From the NCBI GenBank assembly GCA_012295275.1, contig CM022665.1, forward strand, positions 47,678,001 through 47,742,000: a stretch of DNA of 64,000 bases, in the 5' to 3' direction. The position numbers and the translations under genes were made by a program. Below, one piece after another: positions 28,514 through 40,718 of the stretch. Numbering within the stretch: the stretch's first letter is position 1; each line of letters begins with the position of its first letter. The notes below the pieces were generated by a model. The model did no database searches and had not been told where the DNA came from. It saw nothing but the letters and a program-made list of their open reading frames with translations. This DNA is from Chrysomallon squamiferum (lineage: Eukaryota > Animalia > Mollusca).

Positions 28514-29665
28514 ATGGACGAAATATGGACTCTGATCTTGCTGTCACTGGCAATGCTTGTTGGTTGTTATGTAGCAGGTGTAATTCCGCTAGCCTTCACT
28601 TTTTCTGAGGTAAGGGTGATAAATAATAAATATCGGCCATGATCACCGGTTTATTCTTACATCGAAATATCGAACCCATTTTGTGCCCCATTGTGATACC
28701 TGCGGGGATTGAAATTGATTTAAAGTTATTGTAAGAAAATAATTATTGTTTTAAAAAGAAGTAATTAAAATTATTATTATTTTTAATTAACCTGCCCTTT
28801 GTAATATTTACCTTTATGGTACTGAATTGTTAAAAGCAGGGTTTCCCGTCCATCTGTTTCATAAACTAACAAATTCAACCTTTACCTGTTACTCACTTAC
28901 TGTTAGTATTACTAGTTCAGTAGTTTAGTTACGTTTACAAATAAATAATAGGGCCAAAATGGTTGTAACGAGGTTACAACATACATATAATAATAATAAA
29001 ATAAAAAATTAAGAGAAGTAAGCATATTACTGAATAACATTGCACTTAAAAATTACAGTGTAACAGAACATTTTAGTAATTATATTTATGAGTAATATAA
29101 TTTAAAATAACATTTATTTTTTTCACAGCCAATATTAACTGTTATCAGTATGTATTGATCATAATAATTTCTGTACGATGTGTATTCATTAATGTATTTG
29201 TTTCTGTAACTGTGGAAATAAAAACAGTAAATTAGAAAATCAATTTCAGTAATGGTGAGATTCCATTTGAAAGCAATATATTTATCCAGTACTGCAGTTC
29301 TGTTACTGTATTAGCCATTGCAGAGATACTTAAGTTTTTATTGTGATGTATGAACACAACACAATAGAAGACAATGAATTGCTTCTGCATAAACTGATAT
29401 GTGGGTTTAAGTCAACTTTGGATGGAAATGTTCTTCAATTTTGATTGAATAAGAAATTAATTTAGTAAATGAAAATTACATTCATACGTAAAAATTTTGA
29501 ATTAAATTTTCATTGACAGAAATGACTACAGCAAGGAATTAAAGCAGATTTAATTATGTCTGTGTACATTATGATACATTATTAATGGTGGCTAGTATCA
29601 TTAATAGTATGACAGAACAGTGCTGTGTTAGCTAGTTTTACTGATGTGCTCAGCAAAATGTGTGG

Positions 29666-29699
<34 letters not shown>

Positions 29700-31271
29700 G
29701 AAGCAATAAGCAAATAACAAGTATTTCTGTGACACATCAAATGTGCTTACTGAACATTTGTTTCATATATTTTTAATTATAATTTTTCATATCTTGGATT
29801 ACTTGTTTTAAAAAAACAACAACATTTTTTTTATTAATAGGTTTTTAAACTGTGTTGGAAATTAACTTCTTATCTGCAAATTTTTTCATACATTACGTAT
29901 TTTGTTAGAAGTTTCTAAGTTGTATTACGCTAAGTTTTGATTAGTTATTCTTATCCAGAATGGAACAGTTTTGACAGTTTTAGACAATATGGAGTAATCT
30001 TTGCTGAAATTCTTTGTGCCATTCTTAGCCTGCTCCCTGGTTTAAATATAAGAAATGATTTTCTGGATGTAAATATGATTTACTGTATTAAGAAAATCAG
30101 TTTGAGATAAAAAAAAAAAAAAAAAGAGAAATTTTTATATTTAATTAGGAACATTATTAATGTATTTAGCTGAGATGACTATTAATTTTTTTTATTGTTT
30201 AACTTCTGTTTTGAATTATTTAAAAAAAATATTTATAAAAGAAAAGAGGAGAGAAACCGACAACATGATTTTGTAATAAAATAAAATATCAAAATATCAC
30301 CCAATATTTGTATGTGTCTGTGAGTGTGCTTGTGTGACATATAATATTAAACACACACACACACACACACACACAAAACCATTTAAACACATTTTTGAAT
30401 TAATATTAGTTTTAATATAGACAGAGATTTTAAAGTATTCTGATTTTAAACTAATAATAATTTTAAAAGTGATATGTATTTCATCATACAGAAAGGTTTG
30501 TAATGAAAAACAGATTGATTGTTTCTCAACGTGTTGTTCGTGACTAAGCTGGAAAAGTATACATTACATCAGTCAGCCATAGTCACCAGATGTTGTTTTA
30601 TTTTACATCTTTTTATTACATCACAAGTTTTTCTAACAACCCACTTTACACTGGCACAACCATTTTACTTTAAAACAATTTTATTTTTTTATTTTTTTAA
30701 GTATTATTTTTATTATTTAAATTATTATTGATTGTTTATTTATTTATTTATTATTTTATTTATTTATATATATATTTATTTTTTTATTTTTAATTATTTT
30801 TAATTATTTTAATTTTTAAAGTTTTATTGATTGATTATTTATTTTTTTTTTTTTATTTTTATTTATGCATTTTATTTTATTTTATTTTTTTTTTTAAATT
30901 TTATTTTTTTAATATTTTTATTATTTAAATTTTTATTTATTATTTATTTATTTATTTATAATTTTTTTATTTTTTTTTTTTTATTTATGCATTTTAATTT
31001 ATATAGTAATGTTTATTTATTTATTTATTTATTATCTTATTTTTTCCTTACTATTATTTTTTTCTTTTCATTAAAGCAATAATAAGCATTATTACTGTTT
31101 TCACTAATTTTTATATAACATAAGATACTATAAAACTGCTGATTAAAAACTAAAGAAATATATTTACAATTTGTTTAATTAACTAAAAAAAGAAAATATT
31201 AAAACATTTGAATAATTATACAATAAAAGATTATCAAATACAAATTTAAAAAAAAAAAAAATAAATAATCA

Positions 31272-31336
<65 letters not shown>

Positions 31337-31748
31337 TAAAGATCTTTATTATTTATTGCTGAATATTTTAAATGAATTCTGAATAAAGAAATACTGGAAA
31401 TTTGTTTTAAAATTTTTTTTCATTTTATTTTATTTTATTTTATTTTATTTCATTTTAGTGGGTTTGTGAATATTATACTATATATATTTTTTTGTTTTCA
31501 TCTTGGCAGAATTAAACAAATGACACAACAACACACTTTAATATTAATGGTCATTAGGTGTGGGGCATCCAAAATTTATTCAATGTGATTTATATAAAAT
31601 CAGATCTGTTACTGCAATCTGGCTCAGTAAGATTTTTTTCTAAATTGTGTTTAACCACAGACAGGACAGTATGTACCAGAGCCTTCTGATTAACAAATCA
31701 GGAGCAGCTGGCTGGAATGGGAAATAGTCCAGTATGTCGAATCTTAAA

Positions 31749-31788
<40 letters not shown>

Positions 31789-31811
31789 TATTTATTTATT
31801 ATTATTATTAT

Positions 31812-31852
<41 letters not shown>

Positions 31853-33931
31853 TTTTGTAGTCTTGTTGTTTAGTCATTACAACCACTCCCAGACATGTTG
31901 TACACAGATAAATGTGTGTGTGTGTGTTGTGTGTGTTGATGTGTCTGAGGAAGTAGGTAATGTGTACACACTGTGTGAATGATGTTGATTAATTTCAAGG
32001 AAGTGAAATGTTTTACTCATTTCTCTGTCACACAAAACTTGGACAGATTTCCTGTTGTAGAAAAAAAAAAAAAAAAAATTTGTTTTAATTTTATTTGAGT
32101 TTTAGTGAACAAACAAACACTTTCGTTTTTTATGATTTTTTTTTTTAATGTTCTTGTTGATTAAAACTTCTGACATTTTGTATTTGTTCATTTCAGAAAC
32201 TCCATAAATGATGAACATTCATTTTAAGAATGTTCTTTCTTGAACATTTAAACATTCCAAAAGTTCCTCACATTTGTTGTTGATGATGACATGTCAGTTA
32301 TTTTTTAGAATTTATCATAAATATGTTTTTATCATTTATTATTGATAAAACAGAGGAAAGAAAAAAACTGTGAAATAAAAAATATACATTTTCAAAATTT
32401 CCTTATTCGTTTTAAAATAATATTTTTTTATATATATATTTTTATTTTATTTCAGCAGTTATTTTAAACAAAAAAGTGTATGTAATAAAATATTTAATTT
32501 TTTTGCAAGTTTTATTTTTAAGTTAATTATTTGACTTTTATGTTTGTCAGGAGAAGTTGAAGCTGGTGACAGTGTTGGGGGCAGGTTTGTTGGTTGGCAC
32601 TGCGCTGGCAGTCATCATCCCTGAGGGCGTGCACGCGATGTACACATCAGGTTTAGGTGAGTCTGTGTGTCTGTATGTGTGTATGTGTATATGTCTGTGT
32701 GTCTGTGTGTCTGTGTATTTTTGTATGTGCATTTGAGAACATTTTTTTTTATAACACTGTGTATAAACATTATTTTTGCAAAAAATCATTTTTTTTAATG
32801 TTATTTTTATTGTTGTTATCATTGTTATTATTGTTACTTCTTTGACCATTATTATTATAATTATTATCATTATCATTATTATTATTGTTGTTGTTGTTGT
32901 TATTGTTTTATTATTATTATTATTAGTAGTAGTAGTAGTAGTAGTAGTAAAATTATTATTGTTATTATTATTGTTATTATTATTATCATTATTATTAGTA
33001 TTATTAGTAGTAGTAGTAGTAGTAGTAGTAAAATTATTATTATTGTTATTATTATTATTACTATTATTATTATTTTATTACTATTATTATTATTATTATT
33101 TTATTACTCTGAAGATGCACATCTTGGTCACTCTCACAAAGACGGAACCCGATCTCTCCTTGCCGCTGCTGCTGCCGACGTAGCGAAACCCAAAGCTGCT
33201 GTAGTAGCTGGAGACTCTTCAGTTCACAGTGAGCACATCGAGGACCACGGCCACGACATGTCCGAGGAGCACTCTCGAATAGGAATCAGCCTCGTAGCGG
33301 GGTTTATCTTCATGTTGTTAGTGGATCAGATAGGCGGGGGCCACCCCCACACCCCCGAAGAGTTAGGTCAGTGTCGTGAATAAATGAATGAATGAATGAA
33401 TAATTGTTTGTGTGCATACTGTGAAATGTAAGTAAATATATCACGTCATGAAGATATATACTGTTATCTGCACGTCCCGTAAAAATGTAAAAAATAAAAA
33501 TCTGGGTATGTTTTAGGATATAAATAAATAAATAATTGTTAATGTTGGTCTTTATTTTGATGTAGATTAATTTTAGTTTGTTCGAGTAGTGTTAGTGTTA
33601 GTGTGTGTGTGTGTGTGTGTGTGTGTCTTCATCCATATCTCTCTCTCTGTTGATCCTTATCTTTCAATCTATCTGTCTGTCTCTCTGTCTCTGTCTTGCC
33701 TGTCTTGTCTATCTACCTGTCTGTATATATAAGTATATGTGTGTATGTGTGTGTGTGTTTGTATGTTATATATATATATAATCTCTGTATAAACAGGCTT
33801 TCACAATCATTTTTTTTATTTGCATTTGTGTGTGTGTTTCACTGTTTGTGTGTATCAGCACATGTATATATGTGTGTTGTGTGTAATAGTTAACCCTAAT
33901 ATATATGTATATTCATATACACACAGATATG

Positions 33932-33973
<42 letters not shown>

Positions 33974-34034
33974 CACACACATACGTACACACACACACAC
34001 ACACATATATATGAACACACACACACACACACAC

Positions 34035-34083
<49 letters not shown>

Positions 34084-34828
34084 TTTATAAATACAAATTA
34101 TAATTTGAATATTTGTGACAGATGCAGAGAGTAGTCAGAGTATACAGAACAGAAACAAAATGACAGTCACCGTCGGCCTCATCATCCACGCAGCTGGTGA
34201 GTTAACATCGTCTTATTTTCACCCTTACACCAGTCCTGCACCAAGCTGAGGCCCCTGGGTGGGTCTATGTGAATGACACGCCCAATTTCACGAGTGAAAT
34301 GATGTTTATTAGTAGTGTGGCACATGTGATGATCAGTCGTTTTCTCATTATGTCTGGCAGACATCTTGAAAAATGTAGCCCATGTCTGTCTTTACATTGT
34401 TTAATACTGTTACTACAGTTTTTACAGTGGTGTTATGTTATATATAGTATGTAGTTGTTTATATTGTTTGTTTTGTTATTATAATTCTGATGTTGGTTAT
34501 TATATTGCTATTTTAATGCATTCTGTTTTTAATATTTTTGAAATATTAATAGACTTATTTGTTACACTCTAATATTAATATTAACCATTTTTAAAAAACA
34601 GTTTAAAAATATTTTTAATATTAACATAACTGTTTTCTATATAACTAGCTGATATTTTGAGGGATTAATACAGTTGCTATTACTGTTACTTATCTAGTAT
34701 TTTATGGCTAACCTTTCTAAATGTGCGTTACTCTGTAACTTGTTAAATATATTTTTATGTTAATTTCAGTATCTTATTAAATACTTTTTATATTATATTA
34801 TTTTCAGCTCATAAGGTACATCTTGTTA

Positions 34829-34864
<36 letters not shown>

Positions 34865-35305
34865 TATGTTAATTTCAGTGTTTTATTAAATATTTTTTGT
34901 ATTACTTTATTTTCAGCTGATGGGGTAGCTTTAGGAGCTGCTATAACTTTACCCGAATCTCACATCACTTACATCGTTTTCCTAGCTATTATGTTACACA
35001 AAGTGAGTGCACATCTTTTCACTTCAGTTGGTTTTCAAAGTAGCAGACGTTAAAATATAAAAAAGTGACACGTAAAATCAGTTAAATACATCAATTCTTT
35101 CACGTTCAGCTTTTTTTTTATATATAAAATTGTTACCACAGATTTTAGATATCCAAAGTGAATTTTGTAAAAAAAACAATTTAGTGTATTTTTTCAGTTG
35201 GAAATTATGAGATATATAACAGCTTTTTGTACTGTAGATAAATATTGCTGTCTTTAGATACAAATTCAGTTTCATATTTATTTATTTATTTAATTATTTA
35301 CTTGC

Positions 35306-35378
<73 letters not shown>

Positions 35379-37439
35379 TTTATTTATTTATTTAATTACA
35401 TGTATTTATTTATTTATTTAATTACATGTATTTATTTATTTATTTACTTTACTTACTTTATTTACTTCATTCATTCACTTATTTAATATTTATTTAATTA
35501 CATGTATTTCTTTGTTTATTTATTTTATTCAGTTAATTTCATATATTAATTTAAACATTTGTTCATTCATTTCATTATTTGCAACGTATTTTATTTAACT
35601 GTATTATATTTATTTATTTATTTTGTTTGTTTATTTGTTTGTTTGTTTTATTTTTTTGTTTGTTTGTTTGTTTGTTTTACATTTTTGCTTTTGGTTTGTT
35701 CATTTTTTGTTTATTTCGACAGATCAAGAATTCGGCGCCACCTGTTGGCATTTTCACTGGCTGCTCCTGCCATGGCCATCATAACTTACCTTGGTTTGAG
35801 TCAGGTAGCTGAGTTTTTTTAATACATAACTTACCTTGGTTTGAGTCAGGTAGCTGAGTTTTTTTATACATAACTTACCTTGGTTTGAGTCAGGTAGCTG
35901 AGTTTTTTATACATAACTTACCTTGGTTTGAGTCAGGTAGCTGAGTTTTTTATTACATAACTTACCTTGGTTTGAGTCAGGTAGCTGAGTTTTTTATTAC
36001 ATAACTTACCTTGGTTTGAGTCAGGTAGCTGAGTTTTTTTATACATAACTTACCTTGGTTTGAGTCAGGTAGCTGAGTTTTTTTATTACATAACTTACCT
36101 TGGTTTGAGTCAGGTAGCTTTTTTTTTAATACATAACTTACCTTGGTTTGAGGCTGGTAGCTTTTTTTTTAATACATAACTTACCTTGGTTTGAGTCAGG
36201 TAGCTTTTTTTTTAATACATAACTTACCTTGGTTTGAGTCAGGTAGCTGAGTTTTTTTATACATAACTTACCTTGGTTTGAGTCAGGTAGCTGAGTTTTT
36301 TATTACATAACTTACCTTGGTTTGAGTCAGGTAGCTGAGTTTTTTAATACATAACTTACCTTGGTTTGAGTCAGGTAGCTGAGTTTTTTAATACATAACT
36401 TACCTTGGTTTGAGTCAGGTAGCTGAGTTTTTTAATACATAACTTACCTTGGTTTGAGTCAGGTAGCTGAGTTTTTTAATACATAACTTACCTTGGTTTG
36501 AGTCAGGTAGCTGAGTTTTTTAATACATAATTTACCTTGATTTGAGTCAGGCGGCTGAGTTTTTTATTACATAACTTACCTTGGTTTGAGTCAGGTAGCT
36601 GAGTTTTTTAATACATAACTTACCTTGGTTTGAGTCAGGTAGCTGAGTTTTTATTACATAACTTACCTTTTTGAGTCAGGTAGCTGAGTTTTTAATACAT
36701 AACTTACCTTGGTTTGAGTCAGGTGGCTGAGTTTTTTATTACATAACTTACCTTGGTTTGAGTCAGGTAGCTGAGTTTTTTAATACATAACTTACCTTGG
36801 TTTGAGTCAGGCGGCTGAGTTTTTTATTACATAACTTACCTTGGTTTGAGTCAGGTAGCTGAGTTTTTTAATACATAACTTACCTTGGTTTGAGTCAGGC
36901 GGCTGAGTTTTTTATTACATAACTTACCTTGGTTTGAGTCAGGTAGCTGAGTTTTTTAATACATAACTTACCTTGTTTTGTTACGAAGCTGTCATTTAAA
37001 TTTAAAAAATATCTTTATTAATTATTATCTACAGAGGTTGTCTTTTAAATTAAAAATGTCTTCTTTTTTCTTTATTTTATTATTATTTTTTTTCAACAGA
37101 AGTAATTTAAAATTAATGTTTGTATTTTAATTTTTTTCTACAGAAGTAATCTAAAATAATTTTTTAATTTTAATTTTGTTTAATTTTCTCCAGCAAAGCA
37201 AGGAGCAGCTGTCAGACATGCACACGACGGGCATCGCGATGTTGTTCAGCGCGGGGACGTTTCTGTACGTCGCGACCGTGCACGTTCTTCCGGAAGTTTC
37301 CATCCACCACTCGCACCACACGGCACCGAACGGGACGGTGGTCATCCGAGAACACAAGGGATTCAAAAAAGTGGAACTCGTCTGTTTAGTCCTGGGTGCA
37401 CTGCTGCCAGTTTTACTTGCCATGGGCCATAAACATTGA
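28514..37439 (+). CDS. SLC39A9: Zinc transporter ZIP9, 7 coding exons; the 5' part of exon 6 is corrupted in this sequence
   Basis: Exons 28514-28609, 32551-32656, 33115-33366, 34122-34196, 34917-35002, about 35687/35723-35804, 37194-37439. Hallmarks: [79 protein letters not shown] and C-terminal GHKH. The expected APAAFGLVSFL segment is not intact. Confidence 0.93.
31600..31745 (-). mobile_element. Decayed SINE-like repeat, same family as 8850-9050
   Basis: The reverse complement CTATTTCCCATTCCAGCCAGCTGCTCCTGATTTGTTAATCAGAAGGCTCTGGTACATACTGTCCTGTCTGTGG aligns to 8913-8980. Confidence 0.55.
32800..33108. repeat. Mixed (ATT)n/(GTT)n/(GTA)n low-complexity tract up to the ZIP9 exon-3 acceptor
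   Basis: Directly visible; it runs to within a few nt of the AAG acceptor at 33112-33114. Confidence 0.9.
35781..36975 (+). repeat. About 44-bp minisatellite, 27 full + 1 partial copies, spanning the ZIP9 exon-6 donor
   Basis: Unit ATAACTTACCTTGGTTTGAGTCAG/GTAGCTGAG(T)nAATAC; the first copy is the coding end of exon 6 (ITYLGLSQ). Confidence 0.97.
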
Positions 37440-37589
37440 TGTGAGAGAGAGAGAGAGAAGTATTTGTGTGGTTCACATCATCAAGAAATGTTTAGGAAGA
37501 AGAAAAAAAACCCCACATTTATACAGTTTGAGGAATGTGTTTTCTGTTGGAGGCATTATTCAGATATGATGTGGTTTGATCTGAGATGT

Positions 37590-38166
37590 TCGTAGAGATA
37601 TTTTTTTACGTTTGAGAGAGTAATAAAAAAGATAATGTTTTTGTACAGTCAGTTTTACAAGGAAGGAAATATTTATATGATTCGCTGAAGGCCTGTAGAA
37701 TGGAGTTAGTTTTGTAATATTGTGTTTTTAAAAAGAAAATCTTTGTGACTGTTGAATTTACAGGGAAAAAAAATATTTATATGATTCACAGAAACGCAAC
37801 AGAAAGGGTTGTGTTTTAGATATTGTGTTTTTAAATCACTGACAAAGAATGTTTGTATAATTGACTTTACATGGAAAAAAGAAAAATCTATATGGTTCAC
37901 TGAAAGGGGGTAAGTTTTAGATATTGTGTTTTTAAGTTAGTAATAAAAAATGTTTCTATAATTACCTTTACAGGGAAAAAAGAAAAGTGTGTGTGATTCA
38001 CATATAATCAGCAGAAAAGAATGTGTTTTAGATATTGTGTTTTAAAATTAATAAATAACAGTGTTTGCACAATTGAATTTCCAGGGGTGAAAAAAAAAAA
38101 AATACGTTTGTATGATTCACAGACAGCTAACAGAAGGATATGAGTTACAGATGTTGTGTTTTTAAA
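37590..38166. repeat. Degenerate tandem repeat of about 110-120 bp (about 5 copies) in the ZIP9 3' region
   Basis: Recurring GTTTTAGATATTGTGTTTTTAA ... TTTACAGGGAAAAAA ... ATGATTCAC ... CAGAA blocks. Confidence 0.75.
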
Positions 38167-38590
38167 TTAATTATTAATTATTAAATATAAATATATATAT
38201 ATTTCTATTGTTTGTGCAGAATTTTGTAGATTACCCATGTTGTAATAATTCATATCACATCCTGACTTATGTTGTTTTTTTGTTGTTTTTTTTAAAATCA
38301 TTTTCAACATATCATTGAATCCTTCCTTGTATGATTAATCCAGTGTGTGTGTCATCATTAATCCAGTCTATTGTGAAATTAATCCAGTCTGCTTTCAAAC
38401 TAATCCATTTGTCCATCTGTCTTCTTTTTTTTTTTTTTTTTTTTTTAAAAAAGAAAGTTTCAAATGTCAAATTCATGTTTATGTCCAAAATCACTTAAAT
38501 TAAGTATTTTTAGCTCTGTATTAAAAATGCACAGCTCTAAGTGAATTAACTAAATTTATTTAAATAGACAACTCACAGATCTGAGTTAAC

Positions 38591-38700
38591 TAAGCTGTGT
38601 TTAATCTACTGATCTACAAACAGCTTCTAGAGATGACATGTAGACTAAGCTGTGTTAAATCTACTCATCTACAAACAGCTTCTTGAGAGGACATGTAGAC
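38591..38700. repeat. 55-bp direct duplication
   Basis: TAAGCTGTGTT(T/A)AATCTACT(G/C)ATCTACAAACAGCTTCT..GACATGTAGAC twice in tandem. Confidence 0.85.
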
Positions 38701-39416
38701 TGGTTCAGTGTTTATCAGCATTACAAAAACAAGAGTGGAACCAAAGAATCATAAATTCAGTTGATACAGATGCAGCTGGGGTAGAGTCTGTTTGAATAGG
38801 TTTTAAAATACTTTGTGCCATTAACATTTGATTGTATATATAACAACAACAACAGCAACAACAAAAAAAAAAAAAAAAAAAAAAAAAACACAGAACAAAA
38901 AAATGAAATAAAATATAAATGAAACTCATGGTTTGTTTTCAGTACTGCACTAAAGAACAAATGAAAATAGAAAATGCTGGGTAATCTTTCATAAATAATA
39001 AAGTTTTCTGATTTATGTTGTGTTACCAGAGTATATGTAACCTGGTCATGTGTATGGGATTGTGTGTGTGTACATGCATGTATGTATTCACACATATTAA
39101 AATAGTCACTGAATAACTGAACGTTGTGTTGACTGTAAATAATTTTTTTGTGGTCTAAAAAAAAAAGTCACATGCAGAATGTTGTGATATTAACTGTGAA
39201 TTTCAGTGTTGACATGTTTTAGTATTTCTACGAGCAGAGTAACTGGCTACGTAACTGTTACAAATTTATAAATATTGTGGGATTATTATTTGTTACATCT
39301 TTTATTATTATTATTATTACGATCATTATTATTTTTTATTTTTATTATTATTATAACTATTATTTTTTACTGTTAATATAATTATTACTATTATTGCAAT
39401 TATTATTATTGTATTA

Positions 39417-39449
<33 letters not shown>

Positions 39450-39464
39450 TCAATATTATTATTA

Positions 39465-39496
<32 letters not shown>

Positions 39497-40141
39497 GTTA
39501 TTATAAAATTAAATCTTTGTTAATGCATTGAACATTATACCAACCTATATGTACATTAAGTGTGTGTATAAATTTTCTTTTTAAATTTGTATTTTGAACA
39601 AAATGAATGTCACACTGTCCTGTATAGTAAATGAAAATATAGCTATGACTAAGATAAAGGTTACGGATTTTTTTTTTTTTTTTTTAAATTTATTAGCATT
39701 TATTTAAATTTATACTTTTGATGAATTCTGAATTTGATTCATAGTTCTAGTCTCGAATTAAAAAGAAAATATTTTTATTATTATTATTAGTAGTATTAAT
39801 ATTAGTATTAGTATTATTATATTTAAAAAAACATTTCTGTAGTGTTTCTTAGATGGTCCATCTACAATAAATGGCCTAAACCATAAAAAAAATTACCAAA
39901 TTAATTAGAAAATATGAAATTTGTTATTGTTAAATATATCTATTTTTACAGTTGACCAAATAATGTGTAAAACTAACATTTTTTTGTACGTTTATTTATT
40001 TATAATAATATGCACAAACTAGGTATTTTTATTTATTTTTTTGTCACTAAAACATTTCTAGTCAGATTAGTTACCCTATCACAGTTTTGTTCAGTATGAA
40101 TTAAATTCTATTTTAACTAATTTTGTGAAGTTTTTATTAAA

Positions 40142-40176
<35 letters not shown>

Positions 40177-40678
40177 TTTTTTTTTAAAATTTTATTATTA
40201 CTTTATGTAGAGTATATATTGGGTTACATATTAAACACATAGGTGGTATACTGTATTTGTTTGTACATAAATATGTGACTTGTTTTCAAAAAACTTGTGT
40301 AATGTGTTTTTAGCATAGTCACAGTAACATTCCAGTTTGTTGTAAATGGAAGTAAAAATTCAGAATCTCAGTTCATTAAATAACTTATTATCATTGAACT
40401 GTTCACTAGCAAACCAACAGAAACATCACAGAAGGTTAAAAAAAAAAAAAATTAAAATTCAATTTCAAAACATAAAAATAGCTGCAACTAAAATGTTTAC
40501 TGTACTCTTTACTTACGGTACCTTTCACTGAAGTTGGTCACATGTAATAAATGAATGTTGTAAATATATCAAAATTTTAAAATATATCCGAACAATATAA
40601 ATGTGTGTGTATTTGTGTGTTCTATACACACAAATACATATTTATATATATGTATATACATGTTTGTATATTTATATG

Positions 40679-40718
<40 letters not shown>

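Noticed and set aside
28962-28980. Small hairpin GTTGTAAC-GAG-GTTACAAC, and the palindrome TCGAAGCTTCGA near 55869
   Set aside because: Short isolated palindromes are expected by chance in 64 kb, and there is no ncRNA context.
35781-36975. CRISPR-like array
   Set aside because: The units are contiguous with no unique spacers, derive from a eukaryotic exon end, and there are no cas genes.
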